From the IMG/VR virus record IMGVR_UViG_3300023174_000064, positions 1 to 64,000 of that record: 64,000 nucleotides of DNA; one strand, given 5' to 3'. The DNA is from a virus. Numbering within the stretch: position 1 is the first letter of the stretch; each line of letters opens with the position of its first letter. The notes beneath the pieces are model-generated. The model saw only the letters and a list, made by a program, of their open reading frames with translations, did not search any database and was not told the origin of the DNA. The position numbers and the translations under genes are program-made. Below, piece by piece: positions 38,656-48,761 of the stretch.

Positions 38656-40365
38656 TCATAAACTTAAAGTATCAACAAAAACTAAACCACCCAAACCAGC
38701 ACCAACTATTGGTCCCGTAGGAATATAAACTTTAACATCTTCTGTTGTAATAAACGGACTGGATATTAAATTATACACAAAAGGAGCAGTATTAGTAGGG
38801 TTGGTTTGTGATATTAAAGTATTTCCTGCGTATACAGACATAGTTTGGTTCCATGAAGGATAATCAAGGGTATCACCAATCAAAACACGAACAGATTCTA
38901 CTAAAACTCTTTGACCATACGAAGAGAATGTGTGTGTTGCTCCAGATAAACCTGGAGCATTTATAAATCCATTTGCATTTTTTGTATTTTTATTTCTATC
39001 TAAACCGCCCATTCCTCCAACATAACGACCACCAGTCTGATATTCTCCACGTAAATAAATATTTTCTATGCCTTTACAATTTTGAAATATTACAGGAGGC
39101 CATTGATAATAACTTTGAGATCCAGTGACCCATTGAATATTTGCACTGGGAGCCGAAGCCAAATTCTTACAAATCATTCCGCAATTATTATAATTTCCTA
39201 ATGCGTTTTGAGCTTTAATTTTAATTTTAGCTTGTTGATTTGGTGTTTCTCCCCATTGACCTCCATCCAATTCTACAATATAATTATCTCCTCGTAAATC
39301 AAAAGGATATACATCAGATTTTGATTCCCCACCTGCTATTCCACAGTTAACAAACTTTACGTAAGCTCCACCAGTTAATTCTATAACTTTACTGGTTCCA
39401 GCAAGGTTTCCTTTAGGTTCGTATTCCCATTTAGTATTAGTAACTAAATATTGGGCAACTGCACCAACAGAATCATTAGATATTTTAAGGAAAGTTCCTG
39501 GCATAATTACTGTACCGGAATCTACGTGTAAATACTCATAACCTTTAATATCAAAAGCAGCATAAGTAACTCCGTACCAAGAACAATCCACGAATCGATT
39601 GACTAAAGCTTGCGTATTTCTAGACCAAACAACAGTGTTAGCACCATTAAAATAAGATCCGGAAACAACATTAGTGTCTTCATTTATATCACAAGTATAC
39701 TTAAGAATAGTATTAAAACCATAAGTACTTATTCTATTAATGTATAATCGTCTTCCACCACCACCACCATTTAAAGTTATACAATTTCTTTGTGTGTTGG
39801 TATTACCACTTAAATCTTGAAATGCCAAGTCATGAAATTCTAAAGTGTCGTAAGGACCTGCAAAAAATACTGTGCTATAATTAGATTTTGTGGTGGTTAT
39901 AACAGAAACATCAGAACCATCACCAGCAAATTTCACTCCAAGAGCAGACGCTAAATTTACTGAGCAAGTAATTCCAGTAATTCCTGTGGTATTACATGTA
40001 TTTAATGCTGTTGGTAAATTTAATTCTCGATTTAATAAATATTTACCACGCGGAATATAAATAGTTCCCGTTCTTGCTGGAACAGATGGAGACGCAGAAC
40101 ATATACCAGTAGGAACTGTAAATCTTAAAAAATCATATGCGTTTTGAAATGCTAAACTGTCATCAGTAACACCATCACCAACAGCACCAAAATCTCTAAC
40201 ATTGCAAAAATCACGTAATTTATTTTCTACTGTTCTATTTACTCCATTTGTGGAAAAAGTATTACCAAATCCGTAAGTATAACCAATACTACTAATTATT
40301 TGATTGGTTTTATCAAACCAAGTTTCAAACGTATCTGTTCCGGTTAATCCTGTTATTCTTGGCAT
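38656..40365 (-). CDS. Tailspike-like right-handed beta-helix (pectate-lyase-3-like) protein
   Basis: NVRDFGAVGDGVTDDSLAFQNA, IYIPRGKY. Confidence 0.85.
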   Translation of the reverse strand: MPRITGLTGTDTFETWFDKTNQIISSIGYTYGFGNTFSTNGVNRTVENKLRDFCNVRDFGAVGDGVTDDSLAFQNAYDFLRFTVPTGICSASPSVPARTGTIYIPRGKYLLNRELNLPTALNTCNTTGITGITCSVNLASALGVKFAGDGSDVSVITTTKSNYSTVFFAGPYDTLEFHDLAFQDLSGNTNTQRNCITLNGGGGGRRLYINRISTYGFNTILKYTCDINEDTNVVSGSYFNGANTVVWSRNTQALVNRFVDCSWYGVTYAAFDIKGYEYLHVDSGTVIMPGTFLKISNDSVGAVAQYLVTNTKWEYEPKGNLAGTSKVIELTGGAYVKFVNCGIAGGESKSDVYPFDLRGDNYIVELDGGQWGETPNQQAKIKIKAQNALGNYNNCGMICKNLASAPSANIQWVTGSQSYYQWPPVIFQNCKGIENIYLRGEYQTGGRYVGGMGGLDRNKNTKNANGFINAPGLSGATHTFSSYGQRVLVESVRVLIGDTLDYPSWNQTMSVYAGNTLISQTNPTNTAPFVYNLISSPFITTEDVKVYIPTGPIVGAGLGGLVFVDTLSL

Positions 40366-40385
40366 AATAGTATTTATCGATCCTT

Positions 40386-41912
40386 TTAATCAATTCTATA
40401 ATTGTTTATTTTATTTGCGGAAGCAGCAAGTGAGTATCCAGAAATAGGACTTGCTCCATAAAAAATACTAGAACTGTAGAGAATTCCTGCTGTTGTTCCT
40501 CCAGTATTCACATTATCAATCAATGAAAAATTATTCATTGTGGCAGAAAAATTATCAGCAGACCACAACCAACCAAATGTTTTACCAGGAGCGTCTGTAA
40601 GTTGTTCTACCATATTACCTGTAAATTGGTAGAAAGTAGGAGCAGTATCAAGAGCAGGCGATCTGTGATCGTGTGTAGTCAAATTTCCAAAAAACATACA
40701 CGGACCTATTATTTTATTATTTGTGGCTGTAAAAAATAAAGGATTAGCAGCGCCAGTATAACCACGAGACGCACCAACAAAAACTTGAAGAACTCCAGCA
40801 GATTTTGGAACAGAATTTATAACTTGATTTCCGGATACAGTATAAGAACGAGTTCTTTGAATTTTCGCTCCATTATAAAAATTAATACAAGCAAAACCAC
40901 CTACGTCTGCCGATAATCCGCTTTGAGCAAATGGAGTTAAACCAGTACTGGTTGGCTCATAGTAAAAATTATTATTGTATATCTGACCTACTACAAATTG
41001 AGCGTTTACTTCTGCTGGTTGAGCTATTGGTAGAATATTTCTATAAAATGTATTATTTGAAATTATACTTCGATCATTTTGAATTTTAATGGATCGACCT
41101 TTACAGTTTCTGAAATGATTATTAGTTATTGTTGCAGCACTTTCATTAAATGTAATGCCGTTAATATCATTCGGAAGATAACCAAATACAGATAAACAAT
41201 CACAATCTGAATTACTATTTGATTGTGTCCAACCAGAAGAAACGTTTTCAAAATAACAACCAGAAACGTTTACATTTTTAGGATATGCGTTTCCTGAGCG
41301 TTGTATAGCAACTCCCACTGTTCCAGCAGAGTTTTGAGTTCCTGTTCCGTTTGCACGTGTATGATTTATTACCTGAGAATTTGTTAGATTTACGTATTTA
41401 CTACCACTAATAAATAGACCACCACCCCCAAGTCCTACCCCAAGATCGCCTCCTTGATATGAATTTAGGAACGCACAACGATCAATTTCTATTGTTCCCG
41501 TCATTCCTAGTGAATCTTCTATAGCAAGGCATGCAAGAGCTTTATTATTGCCGTCAAATTTAATTCCTTGCATTTTAACATCATACCCTTGATTTGAAAT
41601 AAACCACATATGTTGTGCTGTGGTTCCGCAAACTATTCGAGCGTCTTCGCCAATAATATGCAAAGTACGATTCATAGTTCTTTCTATTTGGCGATTAAAG
41701 CGCGGACCAGTTCCTGTTAACAGATAATCCCCTTTAGGAAAATACAAAACTGAATTAGTAATACCATTTGCGGCATTAAGAGCAGCACTGATACCTAATG
41801 TATCGTCTATTGTTCCGTTTCCTACTGCGCCGTAATCACGGACAGAAACTAATCTTGGATTTGTAAAGGTTATTCTTGTGTCTGTTCCGGTTAATTTTAT
41901 TGATGGTTCCAT
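40386..41912 (-). CDS. Second tailspike-like beta-helix protein
   Basis: SVRDYGAVGNGTIDDT..ISAALNA, LYFPKGDY, I.NN.F repeats. Confidence 0.85.
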   Translation of the reverse strand: MEPSIKLTGTDTRITFTNPRLVSVRDYGAVGNGTIDDTLGISAALNAANGITNSVLYFPKGDYLLTGTGPRFNRQIERTMNRTLHIIGEDARIVCGTTAQHMWFISNQGYDVKMQGIKFDGNNKALACLAIEDSLGMTGTIEIDRCAFLNSYQGGDLGVGLGGGGLFISGSKYVNLTNSQVINHTRANGTGTQNSAGTVGVAIQRSGNAYPKNVNVSGCYFENVSSGWTQSNSNSDCDCLSVFGYLPNDINGITFNESAATITNNHFRNCKGRSIKIQNDRSIISNNTFYRNILPIAQPAEVNAQFVVGQIYNNNFYYEPTSTGLTPFAQSGLSADVGGFACINFYNGAKIQRTRSYTVSGNQVINSVPKSAGVLQVFVGASRGYTGAANPLFFTATNNKIIGPCMFFGNLTTHDHRSPALDTAPTFYQFTGNMVEQLTDAPGKTFGWLWSADNFSATMNNFSLIDNVNTGGTTAGILYSSSIFYGASPISGYSLAASANKINNYRID

Positions 41913-41943
41913 GATTATATTTATTGTTATTTAAAATTAAACA

Positions 41944-44900
41944 TTATGGTGGGCATGAAGATATTGTGATGTTGGGATTAGTTATTCCTCGTAAATATTT
42001 AAAATCATTTATTGTAATTTTACCAAAAGAAATTCCAGGAATTAATTTTATATCGTAATCCCAAGACGGGAACACGTAGGTCGGAACATTAAATCTGGTA
42101 GTACACCCAGTAGTTGATGCAAGAGTTGTGGTATTTCTTAAATTATAACTTGCGTAATTTTGTATTACCGGTATTTCTGTTATAACAGTATATGATGGAG
42201 GAGTATCTGTGGTAGAAGTATCCCAAATGCCACAAGTCAATCCTCCTAGCGCATAAGTTATTCCTGTTGTATTATTTATAGCTTGAATAATTTGATTATT
42301 AAATGTGGTTCTCCAAATATATTTGAAGTTGCGTAGTTTAGCTCCTGTAGTAACGTAAAGATCTCTGTATGAGATTGCTGTTGTTGATGAGCTACTACTT
42401 TGAGAAACTTTTCCGCCTAATAGAGTATTCAAGCTTGCAACATGAGAATTTAAAGTAATTCCGTGTGCTGTGCGTTCAGCTGCAGTAAGTCCACCATCAC
42501 CACCATTCCACAGATAAAATATTTCAGCTCCCAATAAGAATGTGTGTGTTATATTCTCATAATAATATCTGCGATCTAAATTATATTTTGAATCTGTATA
42601 ACCCAAACCGTTTATCCAAGGTTGTAGTGGTGTGGATGGAGAACTGCGTTTGCAACTTCTAGTTTCTTGTTGGTCAACAACAAATGCAGTCCAAGCAGAT
42701 GACGGTAATTGTTGTCCACTATCATCTAATACCAATCGGGTTGGATCTGAATCTGATATTGACCAAGACGTTAATATTCCACCCAATTCTCCGTACAGAT
42801 AAGGAGAAGCTGCTGTTCCAAATATGGCACTAAACGGTTGTTGATGTCCATTTAAATCTGGTGGTGGATTATTTGTAGTAATTACACAATCGTAATTACT
42901 GCCTCGTAGACCTGGTATTTTTGTCTTTGTATAATTCCATAATGCTTGATTTAAACCAGCAACTCCAAGAGAACGTAAAGCATTATTCCAAGCTAAATAT
43001 GCAGTATTTCCACTACCGGCTCCCTGTAATACTGCATCTAAATTCACACCTTGTAATTGAGTACTTAATGCTGTAATTCCGTGTTTAGATTGAGTAAATC
43101 TGGCATCTGATGTGATTGCTCTTAGTACTTCTGCATCTGTTGTTTTAATACTATTTTTTAGACCAGGTATACTCCAATTAGAGAATGAACCAACAGCATC
43201 TTCATTATCAAATGCCCAATAATCAAATGTTACTCCATTACTTACTAGTCCGTCTATCCACGGATTCCACTCTGCTTGTACTTTAGTTATTGCGTCATCA
43301 AACCAAGGACTGTAAGTTAATCCCAGACCAGCTGTATCAAAAGTAGAACCCAAGAAAGCTTTTTGGAAGTGGTAACGATAAGTTCCAAGTACACGTTTAC
43401 CTGGTGCAATAGTCTTAAACTTGTCTGCAATAGCCGTAAACCCGGTAATTGTTTGTTTTGCAAGCAGAGATTCATTCACAGAGAATGGTGCACCCGGATC
43501 GATTTGAGTAATACCATTTACCCACACTATAGGTATTATATGAGACAATGATGTACTTCCAATCCAAGGTTCCCAATACGCAACATATACTGCAGGTGTT
43601 GTAGCTACTGCAATTGCGCTTAGTGTTGTGTTTAATTTTAAATTGTTTTCATCATAGTAAGAACCACCTGATGTTCCTAACATCACATTAATTGCGTAAT
43701 GGCGACTTGGTGGTATTGCTCCTACCCCAGGAACAGCCGTATAAGCGTATTTAAACGAATTATTTACTGTTAATTCTCGTTCTAGCCGAATTGGTTGATT
43801 GCCGGTCAACGTCATTAATACATCAACACCACTATAAGTTACACCAACACTGTTTGTATTATATGGAATTGGTTGTGACCAAGCAACATTCCAAGTTTTA
43901 TTGTTTGATCCAGATATTGGATATAAAGTAAGGCCAGTGTCTGTTCCTTCTTTTGGTAATGGGAACGTGTTTGCAGCACTGGCTCCGGTGTAACCAACGT
44001 GGAATCGATAATATACTCTGCTGGCCGGTCCTGTTGCGTACGGACCTGTTGCAGACCATGAAGCACCAGGATAAATTGGATTGTACGCACTGATACCAAC
44101 AACGTCTTCAATTTGAATGGTTGCAGATCCTTCAGAATACGACCAAGTAATACCTCGTGTGCATTTTCCTATTTGATATTGATACGGCTCAAACTGATAA
44201 GTGAGTCCTTCTGGTGCAATATATGTTGGTACTAAACTACTGCCGTAAGACAGATAATTTGCAGTATCACCACCTCTTGCTGTAGAATTTGGTGGACCTC
44301 CCCATCCGTACAAGTAACCATCACTTGGACCAACCCAACCTGGTACGGCTTCTGCCCATCCATATTGTCGAGCAGTTAATCCTCTAGTATTATAAGTTGG
44401 GAGCAGATCAATAAATGCGTAACCACCAGTACTATTAAAAGTGACACCAGACCATGGGCAGGTTTGAGGCACCGCATAATCTTTCCTCTCACCTAGCTGC
44501 ATTTTATTGTGACCTTTTGCTCTCACTGTTTCGGTTACAAAATATTCCGCAGTGGTTGTGTTTGAACCAGAACCTTCGCTTATTGCTCTAGGTTCTCCTG
44601 CTTCTAATAGTAGTACGGCATCGCCCAGATAAGCAGAAATGTGACCACTATCCGAATTTGTTTTTTCATCTCGACCATTAACACCTTTACCCCAAATACC
44701 AAATATTAACGGTTTATTAAAATTATCGTTCGTTTGTGGAGTTCCGTCTGAATTCCAACTTGTATTAGTTAAAAAATTAGAGTGAAAACGTGGTATAACA
44801 TGTTCGGACTTCCACACAAAACAATTTTCTCCAGCAAAATAACCCCAAGGCGGAAGTACTTTACTGTTTATTTGGCCTCGGTCCACATATTTTTTCATTT

Positions 44901-47900
44901 CGTAATAATAAAGAGTGTCTATATCCGAATCTTGTGCTGCATTAACAAACCAGTTATACAATTCGGAAATTGCTGATCCAGTAGTTCCGGGAGCAGGGCT
45001 TTCGCTTGCCAGAGCAGCTTGTAGTAATACTCCGTAAGGGTAAAATTGATATCCATTTCGTGTGGTTTCCCATCCTGCAGTATTACAAGAACCAAAATTA
45101 ACTACTAAATTGTTTGGCATTATGCGGCTAATAACCCACTTCCACGCGTTATTAGCCCATGCACCATACGAAATACCAGGTACACTTGTGTTAAAATAAT
45201 CTGGTGTGTTTGCAGTATCCCATAAACGTCGGTCTCCGGCACGTTTAGTAGCAGTTAATACCTTAATAAAGTCCGGCATGGATTGAGCTGCGTAGCCCCA
45301 TCCTTCCATCCAATGCCCGGTTTGATCTGCACTTGTGCAACCGTACAACATACGTTCCAAACATGAAGCCCACGTTTCTGCCCACATATTATAAGCTGCA
45401 AGCAATCCTTGTCGCTGTGTGTTGTTTATTGCGTACGGATAAACGTACATTGCTGCCAACATTCTGTTTGCAGCAGGTGTTATATTTTGATTGCTAGTAA
45501 TGTAACCTTTATTGTCTGGATCTGGATAAAAATATCCACCACCAACTTTATATGTGTTATACCAGTATTTCTCACCAGTTCTGCCGGTACCAGGTTCTTC
45601 CCATATACTTCCTGGAGCTCCATCAGGATAAACGTAAGCGTCTTTAGGGGTACCGTCTGGCCAATACTTTCTGGTGCAATACCAAGGTCTTCCTTCTTCT
45701 GTGTGTTTCACACCATCAAAAATTTCTTTAACAAACAAGTTTCTAACATCATTCAATATTGGTCCCCAACTAGCGTCTGTTAATAGTGTTATTGGTGAAA
45801 TCACAGGATCAACACTAGAGGTTGCTCCTATGATATTATGCATAATATTAAGAAGACCTTCAAGTGCCCATCCGTCAAACAAATACATTCCAGTATCTGC
45901 AGACCATCCCTGTGGTGACCAAGTATTTAAAGTGACTCCTTGTGCTTTAATGTAATCTAAAGTAGCACCTAGTGGAAACGGTGTTTGACGAACACCAGGA
46001 CCACACAAGCCCATTGGATAATTCTGGTTTGCTTCTAATCTCCAAAGTTGAGTTGTATTAGCTCCACCGTTTGAAATTGACAATCCATTACCACTTCTTG
46101 CTAACGGATAATGTGATCGGTATTCTGCTAAAAGTATTTTTAAATTATTTAAAATTTCTGTGTTTAATGCATCTAAATTAGCTTGAGATTTAATACCAGA
46201 AACAATACCACCATTGTTTTGTAAAATTTGTCGTTGATATTTCCAAGCAGTTCCTAAAACTTTTAAATACGTTGAAACAGTATATACTTGTGTGGCATCA
46301 ATCTCATGTAAAACTTGAAGTAGTTTATTTCTTACAAGATTATAAGAAGTACTACTATTATATGTGGTGGATGGAACATAATTACCGTATAATGGATTTA
46401 TGGTGCTTATGCCGTATAATAAAACATCATTAAATGAATACGGTCGTTTTATTAAATTCTTACCACCAGTTATACCGGAAGTAAACCCAAACAGTCTTGA
46501 TTCAACAATAGTGTTATTACTACTCAATAATCCATACGAATAATTTATATTATTAAAATTATTATACAAATTATATGTTGTGGTTGCGCAAGCTCCGGCT
46601 ATTGCGGTTAATCCGGCAACCACCGAACCAATATCAGCACCAGAATAAAATATATTTTCTGTGCGTGGAGTTAATCTTCCGGTTGATTTGGGACGAAATA
46701 CCCCGGTTGCTGTATTATCAGCGTATGTACTGTAATTTACTCCCGTTGTTTTCTTTTTTGGTGCAGTTATTGTATACAAATCACTAACGTGTGTGTCTGC
46801 AAACGATTTCATGCTTTGGTAAAGGGAATCTGGTAGAACCTCACCGTAAGAATACGTGAAAGAATTTATGGGAGCTGTAGTAGTGCCCGATATAGTTGTT
46901 ACTGTGATTGCATTAGGACCAACAGTTATTCCAACAGGAGTGACTAATGTTAATCCGCTTATTGTGTTTGCAATCACATTTACAGCAATACCACCAATAG
47001 TAACACTTTGTGTGTTTGATAAATAATTTCCAGATATTGTTAAAGTAGTTCCACCACTAATTAATCCAAAACTTGGTGTTACGCTTGTTATAATTGGATT
47101 AAAACCAATAGAACCGGTATCTGTTGTACTTGGACTGCTTTCTCCTCGAATTAAATCATAACTTGTAACATAATAAGTGTAAACAGTACCGGGTGTTGCA
47201 GTATAATCATTAAATTGTTCACTAGTAGTAATTCCTATGTTTTCTAATGTTGGTAAATTCCTATAAATTTTATATCCACTTATACCAGAAATACTATTCC
47301 ATGTTATATTTACACGATCTGTATACACACCATCAGAAGCTGAAACTCCGGAAGGAGGAAATATAAATCCTCTAGTCAATGAAGCATATCCAGTTACACC
47401 AAAATTACTGTCTCCTAATGCACACGAAGATTTAAGAGCGTAAATATATTCTCGACCAATCAAAACATTAGAATCAGTGTAAGCAGTATTAGTAGTGGTT
47501 GCTAACAACGAAAGAGTTTGAGGAGGAACAGACGTATCGTATCGATACACTTTGTAAGCGGTTGCTCCAGTTACTCCGTTCCAACTCAAAATAACACGAT
47601 TAAAATAACTGCCATTAGATGTTGTAAAATTAGCAGGAGCGGTTAATCCTCTCCAACCATAAGCAGGAGAACTTAAATTACTTTCTAAAGTAAATCCATT
47701 TTGTATAACAAAAGATTTAATATTATATTTAAATAAAGTACCAGGCAAAGAAACAGTATCAAAAAAAGTATTAGTGGAAACAGTTCCTGCTAGTATGGTA
47801 TCGTTTTTGAATACTTTATATCCGTTTACTCCTGCTATATTATTCCATTGAACTAAAATTTTATCTTCATATGTACCGTAACTTGCTGTTACTCCTCTAG

Positions 47901-48069
47901 GAATAAAACCAGGCCCCAACGAGCCCGCACTACTTATTAAATTACCAGAAAATAATAATATTTTATACTTTATTTTTTTTTTAATTTTAAATGAAATTAA
48001 ATTACCGGAATCAAAAGTTTTGTTTCCTGTTAATATAGAAGTATCTTGTTGTAATATTTTTAATTTCAT
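41944..48069 (-). CDS. 2041-aa multidomain virion protein: 3 FN3-like, IPT/TIG, heparinase II/III-like lyase region, possible C-terminal glycosidase
   Basis: V.W..V.GA..YKVYR FN3 repeats; PIITSVTPSFG..SGGTTLTISG IPT; GHWMEGWGY, DSGHI...LLLEAG, KGHN. Confidence 0.65.
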   Translation of the reverse strand: MKLKILQQDTSILTGNKTFDSGNLISFKIKKKIKYKILLFSGNLISSAGSLGPGFIPRGVTASYGTYEDKILVQWNNIAGVNGYKVFKNDTILAGTVSTNTFFDTVSLPGTLFKYNIKSFVIQNGFTLESNLSSPAYGWRGLTAPANFTTSNGSYFNRVILSWNGVTGATAYKVYRYDTSVPPQTLSLLATTTNTAYTDSNVLIGREYIYALKSSCALGDSNFGVTGYASLTRGFIFPPSGVSASDGVYTDRVNITWNSISGISGYKIYRNLPTLENIGITTSEQFNDYTATPGTVYTYYVTSYDLIRGESSPSTTDTGSIGFNPIITSVTPSFGLISGGTTLTISGNYLSNTQSVTIGGIAVNVIANTISGLTLVTPVGITVGPNAITVTTISGTTTAPINSFTYSYGEVLPDSLYQSMKSFADTHVSDLYTITAPKKKTTGVNYSTYADNTATGVFRPKSTGRLTPRTENIFYSGADIGSVVAGLTAIAGACATTTYNLYNNFNNINYSYGLLSSNNTIVESRLFGFTSGITGGKNLIKRPYSFNDVLLYGISTINPLYGNYVPSTTYNSSTSYNLVRNKLLQVLHEIDATQVYTVSTYLKVLGTAWKYQRQILQNNGGIVSGIKSQANLDALNTEILNNLKILLAEYRSHYPLARSGNGLSISNGGANTTQLWRLEANQNYPMGLCGPGVRQTPFPLGATLDYIKAQGVTLNTWSPQGWSADTGMYLFDGWALEGLLNIMHNIIGATSSVDPVISPITLLTDASWGPILNDVRNLFVKEIFDGVKHTEEGRPWYCTRKYWPDGTPKDAYVYPDGAPGSIWEEPGTGRTGEKYWYNTYKVGGGYFYPDPDNKGYITSNQNITPAANRMLAAMYVYPYAINNTQRQGLLAAYNMWAETWASCLERMLYGCTSADQTGHWMEGWGYAAQSMPDFIKVLTATKRAGDRRLWDTANTPDYFNTSVPGISYGAWANNAWKWVISRIMPNNLVVNFGSCNTAGWETTRNGYQFYPYGVLLQAALASESPAPGTTGSAISELYNWFVNAAQDSDIDTLYYYEMKKYVDRGQINSKVLPPWGYFAGENCFVWKSEHVIPRFHSNFLTNTSWNSDGTPQTNDNFNKPLIFGIWGKGVNGRDEKTNSDSGHISAYLGDAVLLLEAGEPRAISEGSGSNTTTAEYFVTETVRAKGHNKMQLGERKDYAVPQTCPWSGVTFNSTGGYAFIDLLPTYNTRGLTARQYGWAEAVPGWVGPSDGYLYGWGGPPNSTARGGDTANYLSYGSSLVPTYIAPEGLTYQFEPYQYQIGKCTRGITWSYSEGSATIQIEDVVGISAYNPIYPGASWSATGPYATGPASRVYYRFHVGYTGASAANTFPLPKEGTDTGLTLYPISGSNNKTWNVAWSQPIPYNTNSVGVTYSGVDVLMTLTGNQPIRLERELTVNNSFKYAYTAVPGVGAIPPSRHYAINVMLGTSGGSYYDENNLKLNTTLSAIAVATTPAVYVAYWEPWIGSTSLSHIIPIVWVNGITQIDPGAPFSVNESLLAKQTITGFTAIADKFKTIAPGKRVLGTYRYHFQKAFLGSTFDTAGLGLTYSPWFDDAITKVQAEWNPWIDGLVSNGVTFDYWAFDNEDAVGSFSNWSIPGLKNSIKTTDAEVLRAITSDARFTQSKHGITALSTQLQGVNLDAVLQGAGSGNTAYLAWNNALRSLGVAGLNQALWNYTKTKIPGLRGSNYDCVITTNNPPPDLNGHQQPFSAIFGTAASPYLYGELGGILTSWSISDSDPTRLVLDDSGQQLPSSAWTAFVVDQQETRSCKRSSPSTPLQPWINGLGYTDSKYNLDRRYYYENITHTFLLGAEIFYLWNGGDGGLTAAERTAHGITLNSHVASLNTLLGGKVSQSSSSSTTAISYRDLYVTTGAKLRNFKYIWRTTFNNQIIQAINNTTGITYALGGLTCGIWDTSTTDTPPSYTVITEIPVIQNYASYNLRNTTTLASTTGCTTRFNVPTYVFPSWDYDIKLIPGISFGKITINDFKYLRGITNPNITISSCPP

Positions 48070-48075
48070 TTTTAA

Positions 48076-48327
48076 TTAAATAGGATTTGGTGAAATATCA
48101 CTTTCAATCTCTTCATCTTTTGGTTTGGTTGGTTGAACTGGTGGTACTAATGGTGGACCGAAATAATATTCTGGCTGTTGTGTTTGTAATAATGGAAAAT
48201 TTATTTGAGCAGATATAATTAAAGTTTTGTTTATATTTTTAATGTACATAAAGTACACATCATTTGCTAAAAATTGTTTCAGCAAAACTTTAATATTTTT
48301 TTCAGATTGTTTGACCTTCAGCTTCAT
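48076..48327 (-). CDS. Hypothetical protein
   Basis: AGGA SD; MKLK N-terminus shared with next gene. Confidence 0.55.
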   Translation of the reverse strand: MKLKVKQSEKNIKVLLKQFLANDVYFMYIKNINKTLIISAQINFPLLQTQQPEYYFGPPLVPPVQPTKPKDEEIESDISPNPI

Positions 48328-48339
48328 AGTTGTTCCTAA

Positions 48340-48747
48340 TTATTCAGGATTTACTTGAAGTCTGCCTTCTAATAATTTTTCAGAATACGTTACACCAATT
48401 AAAAGTTTTAAATCATAAAATAATTTTCCAACAGGTAATGAATTAGTAGTTTTTTTATCCAGTTCTATCAGAATACCACCATCTAAAGATGTAGTATTGT
48501 AATTAACATTAAGCCGAATACCACCGTATTCAGCTCCAGTACCAGGAGAACTGGCCCCAGTATACCCATATGTCACGCCATTTGTGGTGGCAAAAACTAA
48601 TGGGAAATCGGCGGTTTTATATCTTTCTATTTTAAGTTCAGCCGTATAGGAAGAAAGGTCTACACCAACATCAGAATCGGAAAGATACTGTATCCAAGCA
48701 TTTAAATTACAATTTTTATTTACATCAAGATCGTATTGTGCTGCCAT
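48340..48747 (-). CDS. Small virion/baseplate-adaptor-like protein
   Basis: MAA.YDL...DLSSYTAELKI...T..LP.G..FYDL...KLLEG.L.V pattern common in myovirus structural genes. Confidence 0.65.
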   Translation of the reverse strand: MAAQYDLDVNKNCNLNAWIQYLSDSDVGVDLSSYTAELKIERYKTADFPLVFATTNGVTYGYTGASSPGTGAEYGGIRLNVNYNTTSLDGGILIELDKKTTNSLPVGKLFYDLKLLIGVTYSEKLLEGRLQVNPE

Positions 48748-48761
48748 ACAATATATATCAT

